64,000 nt of DNA from NCBI GenBank assembly GCA_977017645.1, contig OZ360249.1:35340001-35404000 (forward strand). Reading direction: 5' to 3'. Position numbers and translations under genes: made by a program. Below, in pieces: positions 1 to 12,671 of this stretch (position 1 is the first letter of the stretch; every line of letters starts with the position of its first letter). The notes beneath the pieces are model-generated. The model did not search any database, had not been told where the DNA came from, and was given only the letters and a program-made list of their open reading frames with translations. The stretch comes from Torpedo marmorata (lineage: Eukaryota).

Positions 1-1
1 C

Positions 2-1607
2 ATAGAAACACCTAATCGCAGACGAGACACACAGGTCTGTCATGTGAATATGATTAAGCCATATTTTGAACAGGTGCCGGAAAAAAGGACTGAAAATTTA
101 CCAGAGGTACTGGTTATTGATCAGCGTAAGGCGGAGACAGATGAAACCAGTTTCAGAGAGGGTCATGGGACACAGAAATTGATAAGCCCGAGGTTAGAAA
201 ATTCCATGATTTTGCGCAATCTGGAGACAAAGTTGACTCATCTGAAAACATCAGAAAAGGAAGAGATGAGTCAGTAAAATTTATAAATTTATTTCCTGAT
301 GTGCCTCAGAAAATTTCTATCGCTTATCATGATGTGGATGTAGGAGATGCAAGACCGATAAAACAGCATCCTTATCGAATCAATGCAGAAAAGTGAAAAC
401 TGGTAGATCAGGAAATTGACTACATGGTAAAGAACAATATCATTCGAAAATCTACTTCCAATTGGAGTTCCCTATTGTGTTCGAGTGCCTAAGCCTGATG
501 GAAAAGTTAGGTTTTGCACTGATTATAGGAAAGTAAATGCTGTAACAAAGACAGATGCTTATCCTATTCCTAGAATAGACGATTGTATAGACAAAATGGG
601 GAAGGCAAAATTTCTTACAAAAATTGACTTATTAAAATGATACTGGTGTGTTCCTTTGACAAAAAGCGCGAGGGAGATTTCTGCATTCGTAACACCTTTT
701 GGGCTGTATATAATGTTATGCCTTTTGGTATGAAGAATGCTCCAGGAACATTTCAGAGAATGATAAATTCAGTAATTCAAGGGTTGAAAAACACAGGTGC
801 TTACATTGATGATTTAATTGTAAGTAGTGAGACCTGGGAAGAGCTTGTCTTTGAGCTAAAACAATTGTTTGAACGACTGTCCAAAGCAAATCTCACAATT
901 AATTTAAGTAAAAGTGAGTTTGGACATGCTACTGTTATTTATCTGGGTTATGTAGTAGGACAGGGGCAGTTGGCGCCAGTAGAGGCAAAGGTTGTGACTA
1001 TTTCCGAGTTCCCTGTTCCAACTAGTAAGAAAACTCTGAGGAGGTTCCTGAGAATGATTGGCTACTACCGCAAGTTCTGTAAAAACTTTGCTGATCTTGT
1101 GCTCCCTCTCACAAATTTGATTAGAAAGAAAGAAAAATTTGTATGGTCAACAGGTTGTCAGGAAGCATTTGTCAAATTGAAAGCCATGTTATGCCACCAA
1201 CCTGTGCTTAAGTCACCTAATTTAGAACAGCCATTTTCTTTAGCCGTGGATGCCAGCGATGAAGCTGTGGGTGCGGTGCTGTTACAGAAGAAGAACGAAG
1301 AGGACATTGACCATCCGGTATCCTACTTCTCGAAGAAGTTCAATGATCATCAAAGGAATTATTCAACCATAGAAAAGAGTTGTTGGCTCTTGTGTTGGCT
1401 CTACAACACTTTGATGTGTATATCTGTACAGCTCAAAAACCACTCATAGTATATACTGACCATAATCCATTGGTTTTTCTTTGTAAAATGAAAAATAAGA
1501 ATCGACGGTTGTTGAATTGGAGTCTAATTTTGCAAGAATATGATTTGGTAATCACACATATAAAAGGGAAAGATAATGTAATTGCTGATTGTCTTTCTAG
1601 ATGTTAA
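2..1607 (+). pseudogene. pol: Gypsy pol remnant (IN C-terminus, RT, RNase H) with stops and frameshifts
   Basis: ORFs 44-277, 637-1449 and 1380-1607 plus the interrupted frame between them carry the conserved RT and RNase H motifs. Confidence 0.9.
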
Positions 1608-1739
1608 ACTTTATCAATGAAAGTAGTTCATATTTTGTATTTGTGGATGAACATTGTAGATTTTGTTTATATTGTGACACCTCAATAAATTTCCAAAATT
1701 TTGTTCTCACAGACCAAAATTTTCTTTGTGGGTGGGAGG

Positions 1740-2440
1740 TGTTATGGACCATGACTGACCATTTGGACTGCGGACGGTCAGCAGGAAGGATGAAGTCTTT
1801 TGGAGTATACACTGGGACCAGGTACTGAAAGAGTTAACTTGCCCAGGACTTGCTGTACCCAGAGAGAGAGAGAGAGAGAGAGCAGAGAGAGACAGGCTGT
1901 GGAAAAGATACTTTGTTGCACTTTTGCAAAAGCAGGTGCAGACCTCTGCAAAAAGCAGACAGTTGGGAGTTGCAAAGGCTAGAGAACACAGGCAAATCCA
2001 GGTTTGTGCATCCCAGAGAAAAGGCTGGAATAATAGCACATGGCCTCCTGTCTCAGAGAAATCCTGAGTTAAAAGCAACTTCTGTGGAGAACAGGCGTGA
2101 GATCAGCGAGACCAGCTGTGAGATCCAAGCACACGCCTCAATCAGTTGTATACTGATCTGAACTCGCAATCCTTATGAAAACACAAGAAGGGAATGTCAT
2201 CAGAGAAGAAAAACAAGTATTTGTAAGCATAAACAGTCATTGTCTCTCTCCAACGTTCATTCAGAAGAACTTCTACCAGCACACAGAGCTGAATTTGAAA
2301 CCTGAACTTAGAGAGTGAATTTTATGGACTGTATTATTCTTTTTTTTTACTGACTTGTTTTTATGACTGACCTTGGGTTTTTTGGGGGAAGTTTTTCCAT
2401 TTTTACATAAGGGTTGGGCACAGACTGTAATGGTCTGGGC

Positions 2441-2471
<31 letters not shown>

Positions 2472-2618
2472 CTTTTAGATAAGAATAGTGTTTATAGACG
2501 TTTATAGTGGGGTTAATTGTTGTGAAATTATATGTTTAATTGTCTTTAATAAATATAAATTTCAATTTTACCCCTTTTGCATTGCGTCTTCTGTCATTGC
2601 TGGTTTGATTTTGTAACA
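1740..2618 (+). repeat. 3' LTR (~880 bp) of the Gmr1-like element
   Basis: Starts TGTTA directly after the PPT (GTGGGTGGGAGG) and ends TAACA. Contains (AG)n at ~1861-1891, (AC)n at ~2444-2470 and AATAAA at ~2548. Confidence 0.8.
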
Positions 2619-2747
2619 AAATATATGAATACTTGTCCTGTATGTGTATTATTTGTCTGTATATGTGTTATGTCTGGTTGTGTGTCTGCGTGTTTTGCTC
2701 CGAGGACCGCAGAATGCTGTTTCATCGGGTTGTACTTGTGCAATCAG
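2619..2747 (+). mobile_element. Rex1/Babar-type LINE 3' UTR fragment (family C), the target of the LTR element
   Basis: Matches 18120-18246 and 28620-28745 (atacttgtcctg...tgtgttatgtctggttgtg...ccgaggacc...tcgggttgtacttgtgcaatcag). Confidence 0.8.
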
Positions 2748-4114
2748 TACTATTTCCTGAATTCCCTTTAAACTCATTGAGTTCACTGGAAAGGTTATAA
2801 TATTACTGAATACTATATATCTATAATACTGCTAAACAATATCTAAAAAATGAATTGTGTGATTGGGTAACATCCAATGGCATGACACCAAAGTCTTGAT
2901 GGTGCCAGATTATCGGAGATTTAGTGGATCATTATTTCCTGCAAAGATGAATGAATCAAACTTTGCTGAGGTTAAGAACACCAAGGGAGAGGCTTGTTTT
3001 GAGTTACTGGTGCTGGCTACACGTAAGTTGCCAGTTGCGCTCACTTGAACAAATTCAGTTCCTTTAGCTTTGAGCACAACCTGTGGCCAATATATCCATG
3101 CATGTTCTAAACTAGTTCCTGGAGGCAAAGATCCCTCCCCCTCCCCCCCCCCCCAGTGTTTACATATGAAGCATTTAAAGTGTTAAAAGTCCATATAAAT
3201 GTGTTTATTGGTGAATCATGCCAATTCTATTATATTCTATTATTGGATCTTAAAATATACAACAATGGATGAGTGATTTTTATACGTGGATACAGTTCAA
3301 TGTTAGAGCCTGGATGTTGATAGTCTATAATCCTAAATTCCAGCCACATTTTGTGCAGTGATGTCAATGTTGATCTGATTCTTTTTGCAAATGGCCGCAT
3401 TCTGAAAGATTTGACATTAAGATAATGGAACATTTTCTGCGTAGATTAATTCAGCAGTCAACTCCTGACTCCCTCTGGCTTAACGGCTGCCAAAAATATA
3501 TGGGATAGGCCAGTGCTACAGCTCATGGCCAGATAAATAATTGTGATTTAACAGGAGAATGTAACCCTAATTAAGTCCACAGGTTAATTGCCAGGTCACT
3601 TACTGTTGTTAGCCAAGAAGTTACTGTTGCTAATAATATGGAATGAGGACTAACTCTTTGTGTGGAGATGCTAACTCGTAAATAAGCTAAGGAGACTAAC
3701 ACCAGTTCTAAAACACTAGTCAAGGAACATTATCAAAATCTGCAAACTATTTATCCATTCACTTCACCAATAATTGCTGATAAATCATCAGCTTTACTTG
3801 TGTTTGCCAATAGAATAATCTGCTCCACGAACATGTATCTGGTTGTTTCCCTGGGTGGGTTGTCTGGTTGACTTCAGAGTTTGTCGTCTGGCTTTTCTGC
3901 ACTCTGTGTATTTTAACTCCACATCATTCATCTTTAGGCCTGATGTGTTCACTGCCTGGAATTCAGTCTGACTAACAAGTTGGATTTTCAGGCTTCTCTT
4001 GAGTACTCTAGAACTAGTTGCTGGACCTGGTTGTAACATTTGGAATATTAGTTGATACCACTTTAAGAAATGTGGCATGTGTCCAATGTCTCTCACTGTT
4101 GTTGACACATTAAC

Positions 4115-4345
4115 AACAGATCAGCTTAGAAACAGGCCCTTCAGCCCACTAAGTCATGGCAATCAACAAGCACCCATTTACACTCATCCTAAACTAATGG
4201 CCTTTTATTCTCCCAGGCCCCCCATCAACTCCCCCTCTCCCTGATTCCACCATTCACCTACAGGCAAAGGGCAATTTACAGCAGCTAATTAACCGAGCAA
4301 CCTACACACCTTTGCGATGTGGGAGGAAATTGGAGCACCTGGAGG
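4115..4345 (-). mobile_element. Decayed SINE/CR1 3' fragment
   Basis: aacaggcccttcagccc...ggcaatttaca...ccaattaacc-like...tgtgggaggaaattggagcacctggagg is the reverse of the V-SINE core and tail. Confidence 0.5.
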
Positions 4346-6879
4346 TCAGAGGGAGAACCTAGGGTTGGATGGTGAGTGGGATAAAGCTACGAGGTGTTTG
4401 CCAACCTTCCGATCTGCAGATAGCAAATAGTATGACTCAAAGGCTCTATAACTATTACACATGGTAAAAAAGAAAACACTGGCATTCAGATAACATCTTA
4501 CAAAACCTAAATGTTTTCCAAAGTATTTTTCAACCACGCACTATGCAAACTACAGTAATTTACTATTATAATATATGAACTATTACATGTTTAGCAAAGC
4601 AGAGAGAAAACAATGTTTGTCTATTTGAAGGGAATATATTTATAATTGGTAATTCACAGACTTTTATAAAAATAGTTTCCTTTGGCATACCTTCAAGCTC
4701 AACTCGTCGCTTGTTCACTGAACTCTACAATGTATATCCAATGTACATTTTTGTCAATTATGCCTCCATTGCCAATCACTATTTGTTCCACTTTCCTCTA
4801 CGTATTTTCTTCTGGAGAATGGTTTAGGTAATGACCGTGAGCATGGCTGATCTTGTGAAAAATCAGTATTAAAGAAGGTAGAATTATCTAGGATTACAGA
4901 AAAGTTTTTCAAAGCCGATAGATGACTTTTAAAATGTGGTCACTGCTATTCTGTAAGCTATATTACAACTATGGATTTATCAAGGATTTTTCTCTCTGTT
5001 ACTTCACAGTGATTCTTGCAAGTGGGCCATTGGCTTTTGTATTTGATGTTTGCCGATAGAAGAAGTGGATAGACTCACAATTATCATGAAATAAACCATG
5101 AGTCTCTCTTGCTTAAATCAGGCTCAACAACATTCATTTTAGAAAAACAAATACAAATTATGTTAAAGAAATCCTGTTATGTTTAGTTATCAACAAAACT
5201 CAAATTTATTTATTGAAATTCAGGGTGCAAGAACCTCTCCAGGTGCATAATCAAACATACATTTTAAATGGCGAATTTCATTTGTGTTCAAAACTTTGAA
5301 CTTTACAGAATAATAAAAAGAAAACAATAGGGAAATGCATTGGCAGCACATGTGGATAAAGAAACAGAGCTAACATTTTATGTCATGGACCGTCCTTCAG
5401 AAATAGTAAACACAGGAAAGATTTCTTTACCTTCATAGCTTGTTTCAAACCTTTTGCCTGCTTTGGGGTAAAGTCATCAACCTGAGTGGTCAACATACAT
5501 TTTTCTCTCCTCAAATGCTACTTGGCCGGTTCAATATTTCTAGCATTATTTATTTTACTTTGGATTTTGGCACCCCTGCTATTTTGCTGATGTTATATGT
5601 AATACTCTATTTATGGAGGATACAAATAAACACTTTCTTTGAGCAGATGGACAACTTTTCTACTGATATAAAATCTTTAACCTCATAGCTTATTCAAAGT
5701 TTGATTTCAATTGAAATGCAGTAAGAATTCACAAAGTGAATCACAGTAAATCCTGGAATTCACAGAAATACATTTAGAAATGCATTTTTGTCTGCAAGTC
5801 TCCCTCAATCGGCACAGTTGGAAATGGGTGTGAAATTTAGTGGTACTGATTAACCAACAACCATTGAGTTCAATGCATAGAGCTTGCTAACTTTGTACTT
5901 GCTGATAATAATGATTTCCCTGGGCAGGCCACACCAATCAGGCTGTTGATTGTCTGCCTTCATGAGATGATGTCCAATGTCATGTGTGGTTAGCATAATT
6001 TAAAACTCATGGTCACAACTCAAAATTAGCCTGCAAAATTCTTAATGCAATAAAAGTTGTGTCAGAAAGCCAACACTCAGCACCTAAGGGCATGAGTCTC
6101 ATCACGACACATATATGGCTCTTCCTGAGGTCAATGGACCATCTTCCTTGACCGATTCATGGTGAGTTCCACCCTTTCTGAAACACTTTGAATTAATTAG
6201 TGAAAATCCTCTCAGCAAACCTGTCCTTTCAGCATGGAGTCTCACTGAATGGATGCAGGAGTCAATGAATCAAAACCATCTTCAAGTAATGCTCCCATTT
6301 AATAAATCCTTAACCAGAGAACACATTCTCAGGTCAATGTAGGGCATGGCAAACCTAATGCTGTGGCTTTTCGCCCTAGATTCTCACATCAATCTGCTCA
6401 TTGACTACAGTAACTTCTAAATACTTATTTTAAACTTTGCGTTGATTTACAGATAGTAGAATTAACAGATGTTTTCTGTGTCCAGGAGTCCAGAGGTTAT
6501 GCTTGTCTCTGACTTTTCCCCTTTGTTCATCAACACATATTGTGTCTAGCTTTTATATAACGTGACGGACAATAACCGTCCACTTCCTGGAGAACTCGCC
6601 ATCTGTAGAAAGAAAATAATTTTAAATTGGACCACTTTTCAATGAATCTCATACATATTGTTTCAATGTGCTGTGAAATTTCTACCAGACCTCATGGCTG
6701 ATTGTAAGTCTATGTACTATTTAATACGGCAGTACTCCCACAGGAGTGAGACCTTCCTAAGAAACTCCTGAAACGATTACCGGTACATCTGGAGAGTGGA
6801 CATTTATTGAGGTATTTTATTCTTTCTGAGGAAATCTGCAAACATGGTGGTAGTCAAGGAGGTAAGTGTGGGAGATGGA

Positions 6880-7100
6880 TGTAGAGTTGAAGTTGCAGGT
6901 GACACAGATACTTGGCTCAGCAGTCATTAAATCTGCATTTGGTTTCCACATTGCAGCGGGGACCACATTGTCAGCAGCACATGCAATGCACTAGATTTTA
7001 AGAAGTACAAGTTATTCCCTAATTCACCTTGAAGGACTGAATATATTCTTTAGATGATGGGAAAGAAAGAACTAAAATGACAGGTGCAGCATCTTCTGCT
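6880..7100 (-). mobile_element. Decayed Penelope-like GIY-YIG endonuclease fragment
   Basis: The minus strand resembles the FQV..FTC.S.NLVYCI.C..CG..Y.GETK.RL motif region, with indels. Confidence 0.45.
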
Positions 7101-7629
7101 GTTCATTGGGAAGGTATTTTTACATTCTATATTAAAAGGTGTGTTGTCAATGGATAGAGATGAGTTTATTACCTTGTTATAGCATTAAAAACATATCTTA
7201 CATTTAAAGTTGAAGAGACACAGAGTTCCACAGCAACAAAATACCCTTTGCAATATTCCTACACTAATCTCTTTTATTTTCCAATATTTCCATTAACTTT
7301 ATGTTACCACTCGCCTACACATTAGAAACAATTTACATGGCTAATTAACCTACCAACCTGCTGTCTTTGGATTTGGAAGGAAACTGGAGCTGTCAGATGA
7401 AACTGACACAGTCACAGGAACAAAATCCCCAGAGACAACATTGAACGTTATGATTAAACCTCGGTGTTGGGGCTGAGGCAGCAGCTCTACTCCACAGCAT
7501 GTACCCTTTGAACGAAAGTCAAGTGATAGCAAATAATGGGAAGCAAAGATTTGCACCCATTTTTACTTGTTAGGCAGTGAATGGAATTCTACATGCCACT
7601 ATCAATTTGAACCATTTTAATTCTTTACG

Positions 7630-7950
7630 AGTAAAAACACAAAAATACTGGTCAAGCAGTATTCATAGGAGGTAAAGAGATATAACCAACATTTTGGGAG
7701 TGATCCCTTCTTCAAGGTATGAGCAAAAAGCAGGCAAGCGCCTGAATAAAAAGGCTGGGGAGAATGGAAGATTGGGCAGGGGGAGGAGCACAGACGAACA
7801 GACAAAAGGTGATAATTCGACATAGATAGAGAGGACAGGAGAGCTGATAGTTGATTGGGGGAGGGGGTGGCTCTGTGAATGGAGAGCTAGAGGAAAGGAG
7901 ACAGAGGGGAAGGGGAAGGGGAGAGGCGAAAAGCGTTGGGGTGGGGGGGT
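7630..7950 (+). mobile_element. Penelope-like pseudo-LTR / 3' fragment
   Basis: aaacacaaaaatactgg...gatataaccaacattttggg...cccttcttcaagg followed by a purine-rich tract. Same family as 17460, 30830 and 43510. Confidence 0.6.
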
Positions 7951-9006
7951 TATTTCTTTCAAAAGCAATACTCCTTCGATGTACCTGGATCATCTCCCGT
8001 TGCTTTTGTTATTCCATGCTGTCAGGATACAGACAATACTTAAAATGTCACTCTTGTTCAGCTGGTGAAAACCTTCATTTCTGTATAATGTTGTCAATGT
8101 CCACCACAGCCAGTTCCATCAATACTGAATTGATTTCACTGCGCTTTTCAGCTTTTGCTTGTCTGCATGTGTGCACAATTCATTGAGATCTATATTAATT
8201 CCTAATAAAAGGTTATATAGTAACATTACTACAATTTCTACATTGTGATTCCCTTTCCAAATCAAATCATTCTGCTGTATCCTTGCTGTTTACACTTTAT
8301 CTGCCCATAAAATAACATTGTGAATGTAATGGTCCTTCCCTCAATGTAATGAGATAATTGTCTCAAGGATTATTAAGGTAAGATCTACCCATTATCATTC
8401 CTATAAGGCTCTTGAATTTCTTTGATGTTTGCCATTTAAAAATGTGCAAGCTGAGCCCATGCCAGTTTTCAGTGTGTGATTTATGCATAAAATATGCTCC
8501 CTGATATTTTATGGTATCTATTGATCGCTTTGTTTAAACAGATTGCCAATAATAAAACAGCCCATGACCCCAAGTTATGGATGGAGGCTCTCATATAACT
8601 GTGCTGCAATTGTGCTTGTTCAAGCATAGCAGGGAGTTCATTCTTCTGGTATTTAATTGCAATATTTGAGAACTGCTTTAAACTCCTACTGACTGACACC
8701 TGCATTGCATATTTATTTCTTTCAAAACATTTTAAGCCATTAAGTATGAGTCACATTAAAAATGAATAAAGGTTCTTAAACATGTGTGCCTGATATAGCT
8801 GAGTCAATGATTAAATGAATATAAATATTAACTTGCACGCTTCAGCCAGAGGATTTCAAGGTACCACATGTTTCCACTAGTAATACCATGTAATCTGGTT
8901 GGAATTTACCAAAGAAAACGCAAAAGGTCAGGGAATTTTAAGAGGAAGTGAATTATGCAAAAATAACCCATTGTCTGTGTTTTCTACAATCCAGTAAAAT
9001 GGTTCA

Positions 9007-9790
9007 GAATCCAGAATCAGAATTTATTGTCATGAACAAGTCATGAAATTTGGTGTTTTGCGGCAGCATCATAGTGCCAACATTCATATTATAACCCTCT
9101 TACGACATTACTATAAAAATATATATATAAATAATAGTGCACGAAAGTAAGGCTGTGTCTTTGGTTCATTGATTATTCAGGAATCTGTTGGCAGCGGGGA
9201 AGAAGCTGTCCTTGTGCCGTTGAGTGCTCGTCTTTAGGCTCCTGTACATTTTTCCCAATGGTATCAGAGTGAAGAGGGCATGGCCTGGGTGGTGGGTGTC
9301 TTTGAGGATAGAGGCTGCTTTTTTAAGACACCGTCTCGTGTAGATATCCTCAATGGAGTGAAGTCTGGTGCCTATGATGTCACAGGCCGAGTTAACAACC
9401 CTCTGGAGTTTATTCTTGTTCTGAGAGTTGGCGCCTCCATACCAGGCAGTGATGCAACCAGCCAGAATGCTCTCCACGGTACACCTGTAGAAGTTTACGA
9501 GAGTCTTCGGTGACATACCGAATCTCCGCAGACACCTCACATAGTATAGCCGCTGACGGCCTTCTTTGTGATTGCATCAAAGTGGAGGCTCCAGGACAGA
9601 TCCTCGGAGATGTTGACACCCAGGAATATGAAGTTCTTGACCCTCTCTACTACTGAGCCCTCGATGAGGACTGGGTCGTTTTCCCCTGACTTCCTCCTGA
9701 AGTCCACAATCATCTCCTTGGTTTTGCTGACGTTGAGCGCAAGGATGTTGTCATTACACCATTCAACGAGCTGATCTATCTCCCTCCTGT
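9007..9790 (-). mobile_element. 5'-truncated Rex1/Babar LINE (family A)
   Basis: ORFs 9166-9540 and 9537-9815 give the RT C-terminus ([40 protein letters not shown]). Tail is (TCTGAT)n-type. TGGTTCA flanks both ends (9000-9006 and 9790-9796), a probable TSD. Confidence 0.92.
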
Positions 9791-9881
9791 GGTTCAAGAT
9801 TGAATCCACTTTCATCAGATACTTGCAAGTAAACTACTAGTGTTAATTTTTGCTGCACACTGCTGAAAATCAGAAGAATAT

Positions 9882-10121
9882 GGGACAGCACGGTTAGCGT
9901 AGCGGTTAGCGCAACGCTATTACATCGCCAGCTACTCGTGTTCGAATCTGGCGCTATCTGTAAGGACTTTGTACGTTCTCCCCATGTCTACGTGGGTTTC
10001 CTCCGGGTGCCCTGGTTTCCTCCCACCCTCCAGAAACGTACGGGAGTTGAGGTATTTGGGCATTATGGGCTCGTGGGACGGACTAGCCTGTTAAAGGGCC
10101 TGTCTAAATTTTTAAAAAAAT
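9882..10121 (+). mobile_element. tRNA-derived V-SINE (HE1-like)
   Basis: tRNA-like head (ggttagcgtagcggttagcgc...gttcgaatc), V-domain (tgtaagga.tttgtacgttctcccc...gggtttcctccgggtgc...ggtttcctcccac) and AT-rich tail. Confidence 0.85.
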
Positions 10122-10209
10122 TAGAATTGTTCTGGAAGGCTGCATCCCACCTCCAAACTTCTGAAAGAAAAATGGTTTATAGAATAATGACATTATAGAA
10201 TAATTACTT

Positions 10210-10530
10210 ATTCTATTTGACGAAGTTCAAACTACACACCAAATCCACTTCCCACCTGACTCCATCTGTCCATCATCCCTCACCCCTCCTGGTTCACCAA
10301 TCCCCGACTGGCCCCCTGCCTGACAACCCCCCCCAACACCCCCCACCCCCACCCTCTCCCACTTCTACTGGCTATCTCCCCTCTCATTCTTGATGAATGG
10401 GATGGACCCGAATCATTGACATGTTACCTGTCCTCTCCACTATCAGTCTTGATGAAGGGGTTTGACCTGAATTGCTTTCCCGCCCACTGATGTTGACTCA
10501 TTGAGTTCCTCCAGCAGATTGTTTGTAGAC
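10210..10530 (-). mobile_element. Decayed Penelope-like fragment(s)
   Basis: Pyrimidine-rich tract plus two tcttgatgaa.ggg...gacc.gaa motifs and gagttcctccagca. Confidence 0.5.
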
Positions 10531-10878
10531 TATAGAATGGCTTTTTCAGCCAATGTACCCATACCCCCATCTACTATGCTCATCCACCCTTAGCCCCCAG
10601 GCTCTCTAGCAGTAGAAACTATTAGTGTTATTGAATGTTAAAAATATCAAATATTGATAGACATCCACTCTATTTTAGTTTTGTCAAAAATTGAGATTTT
10701 GTTTAGAAAAACAAATTCTGCAAATTAGTTTAATATTTAACACTAAAAATCACTTTTCTACAAGAAAGAACAGTTAAATCCAATAAATAATTCAATAAGC
10801 AACCTCCATTTTTTTTCCCCAGCACTTTTTTCTCTCGTTAATTTGAGTGGGACTGTTCTGATTTCACTGGGTTTAAAG

Positions 10879-11039
10879 CAGTGGTTTTCAACCTTTTTTC
10901 CCCACTCACATACCACCTTAAGTAATCTCTTACTAACCACAGAACACCTACGGCATCCTATGCCATAGGTGCTCTGTGGTTAGTAAGGAATTACTTAAGG
11001 TCGTATGTGAGTGGGGAAAAAAAAGGTTGAGAACCACTG
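10879..11039. mobile_element. Palindromic hAT (Charlie-like) MITE
   Basis: CAGTGGTTTTCAACC...GGTTGAGAACCACTG; the whole element is a near-perfect hairpin. The 8-bp TSD is not recognisable. Confidence 0.85.
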
Positions 11040-11344
11040 GAAGTGATCCAGGTTTGATGGATAGATAAACCAATATGAAAACTATGAAATCCATGGAGGT
11101 TAAATTCATAGTGAGTTTGCCTGTGCACCACTGGGTTGGCTGATATTATAAGTGTCATGGTAGAGGTTGTCACAGGCTGAACTCCACGTCAGATCTGAAA
11201 GCTGTGTCTTCCACAGGGGTACATTTTTAAGTGCCAGCATTAACACTGGAGGCTGATTGGAAGACAAACCTAATTGTGTTTAAATGATGTGAGATAACAT
11301 AACGTGTATTAAATTTGTGTGAAAAATTATTTATTACTCCAAAT

Positions 11345-11952
11345 TTAGGTGTTTGTGAAAGTTTGGCATGACATCGGAAACCCTGGCGAATTTCTACAGA
11401 TGTGTGGTGGAAAGTGTGTTGACCGGCTGCATCATGGTCTGGTATGGAGACACCAATGCCCCCAAGCGTAAAGGCCTGCAAAAGATAGTGGACGTAGCCC
11501 AGGGCATCACAGGCAAAACCCTCCCCACCATCGAGAACATCTACAGGGAACACTGCCGTCGGAGAGCAGCAGCAATCATCAAGGATACACACCACCCAGC
11601 ACACGCTCTGTTCTCGCTGCTACCATCAGGAAAGAGGCATAGATGCCACAAGACTCGCACCACCAGGTCCAGGAACAGCTGCTACCCCTCCACCATCAGA
11701 CTCCTCAACAACAAACTCAATCAGGGACTCATTTATGGACTCCTACTTTTGCATGTTATTGATTTTTTTCCTCTCTCTGTATTGCACAGTCAGTTTGTTT
11801 AAATTTCTTTATTTGTTTACATGTGTACGTTGAGTCAGTTTTTTTTTGCACTGCCAATAAGAGATAATTCTGCCTCGACCGCAGGAAGAAGAATCTCAGG
11901 GTTGTATGTGATGTCATGTATGTGCTCTGACAATAAATCTGAAATCTGAAAT
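11345..11952 (+). mobile_element. 5'-truncated Rex1/Babar LINE (family B)
   Basis: ORF 11368-11802 (NFYRCVVESVLTGCI..WYG, HPAHALFSLLPSGKR) plus a 3' UTR ending aataaatctgaaatctgaaat. Confidence 0.9.
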
Positions 11953-12671
11953 TGTACAGTGCAATACATTGCACTTTAAAAACAAAACAATTCTAGCTGT
12001 GCTTAGCTCACTTATAGGAGTTCATCGAAATACAAATGCAGACATCAGAGCCCTTGTAAGGTGTATCATTGTTTTGCACCTAGTTTTGCATAGAATATAT
12101 AGATTTGAGATTTCAGAATAGACATCATATGTCAACCTTTTATGAAAAGATGTACAGACATGGTTACAAATATGATTGAACGTGAAAGTACTTGTGGCAG
12201 ATATAAGATTCTGTCAGAGTAGAGTTCTCCTATGAGCATCGCTTATGCTAAATAAACATAAATTTGGAACCAAGTTGCTTTCTGTGTTTTGTGTGAAACT
12301 TATTTTTTAATTGGAATTGATTTAATAATCATTAAATTTGCCTAATGTGAAGCCAAAGTCAGTCTTTAGACACTCAGAAACCAAAACTAATTGCATTTTT
12401 CTTTTGGTTTGTGAAAGTTTAATTTATTACTTACTTTATCAGTGATAATTTGCCAGATTGTCTTTGTGAAATCCTGCACTCCAGCAGTTAGATGTTTGTG
12501 GAGAGGCTATGGAGCAGAAAAATGAAGAGAGGCCTGTACACAGAGCTTGCTGAGGGAAGTAAATTTTTCACACAGGAACTTCTTTCATTCATGCAGGTTG
12601 TTAACTTGTTCATTTTTGTTGCATTAGATCTGCAAGTCTCTACTTCAGATGGGAATAAACTCAGTAGAGAA

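Larger units (their letters stand above)
1..2618 (+). mobile_element. 3' half of a Gmr1-like Ty3/Gypsy LTR retrotransposon (IN C-terminus, RT, RNase H, PPT, 3' LTR), degenerate
   Basis: Frame 2 starts IETPNRRRDTQVCHVNMIKPY (integrase C-terminal end). Then RT motifs (PIKQHPYR, VPKPDGKVRFCTDYRKVN, MPFGMKNAP, YIDD) and RNase H (VDASD, YFSKKFN, YSTIEK, HIKGKDNVIADCLSR*, stop at 1607). Followed by a purine tract at 1728-1739 and an LTR. Confidence 0.9.

Noticed and set aside
9882-9960. tRNA-like sequence (also at 57724, 59699 and 30024)
   Set aside because: These are SINE heads followed by a V-domain and tail, not tRNA genes.
10879-11039. Long perfect hairpin as a miRNA precursor
   Set aside because: It is a multicopy hAT MITE (several copies in this window).
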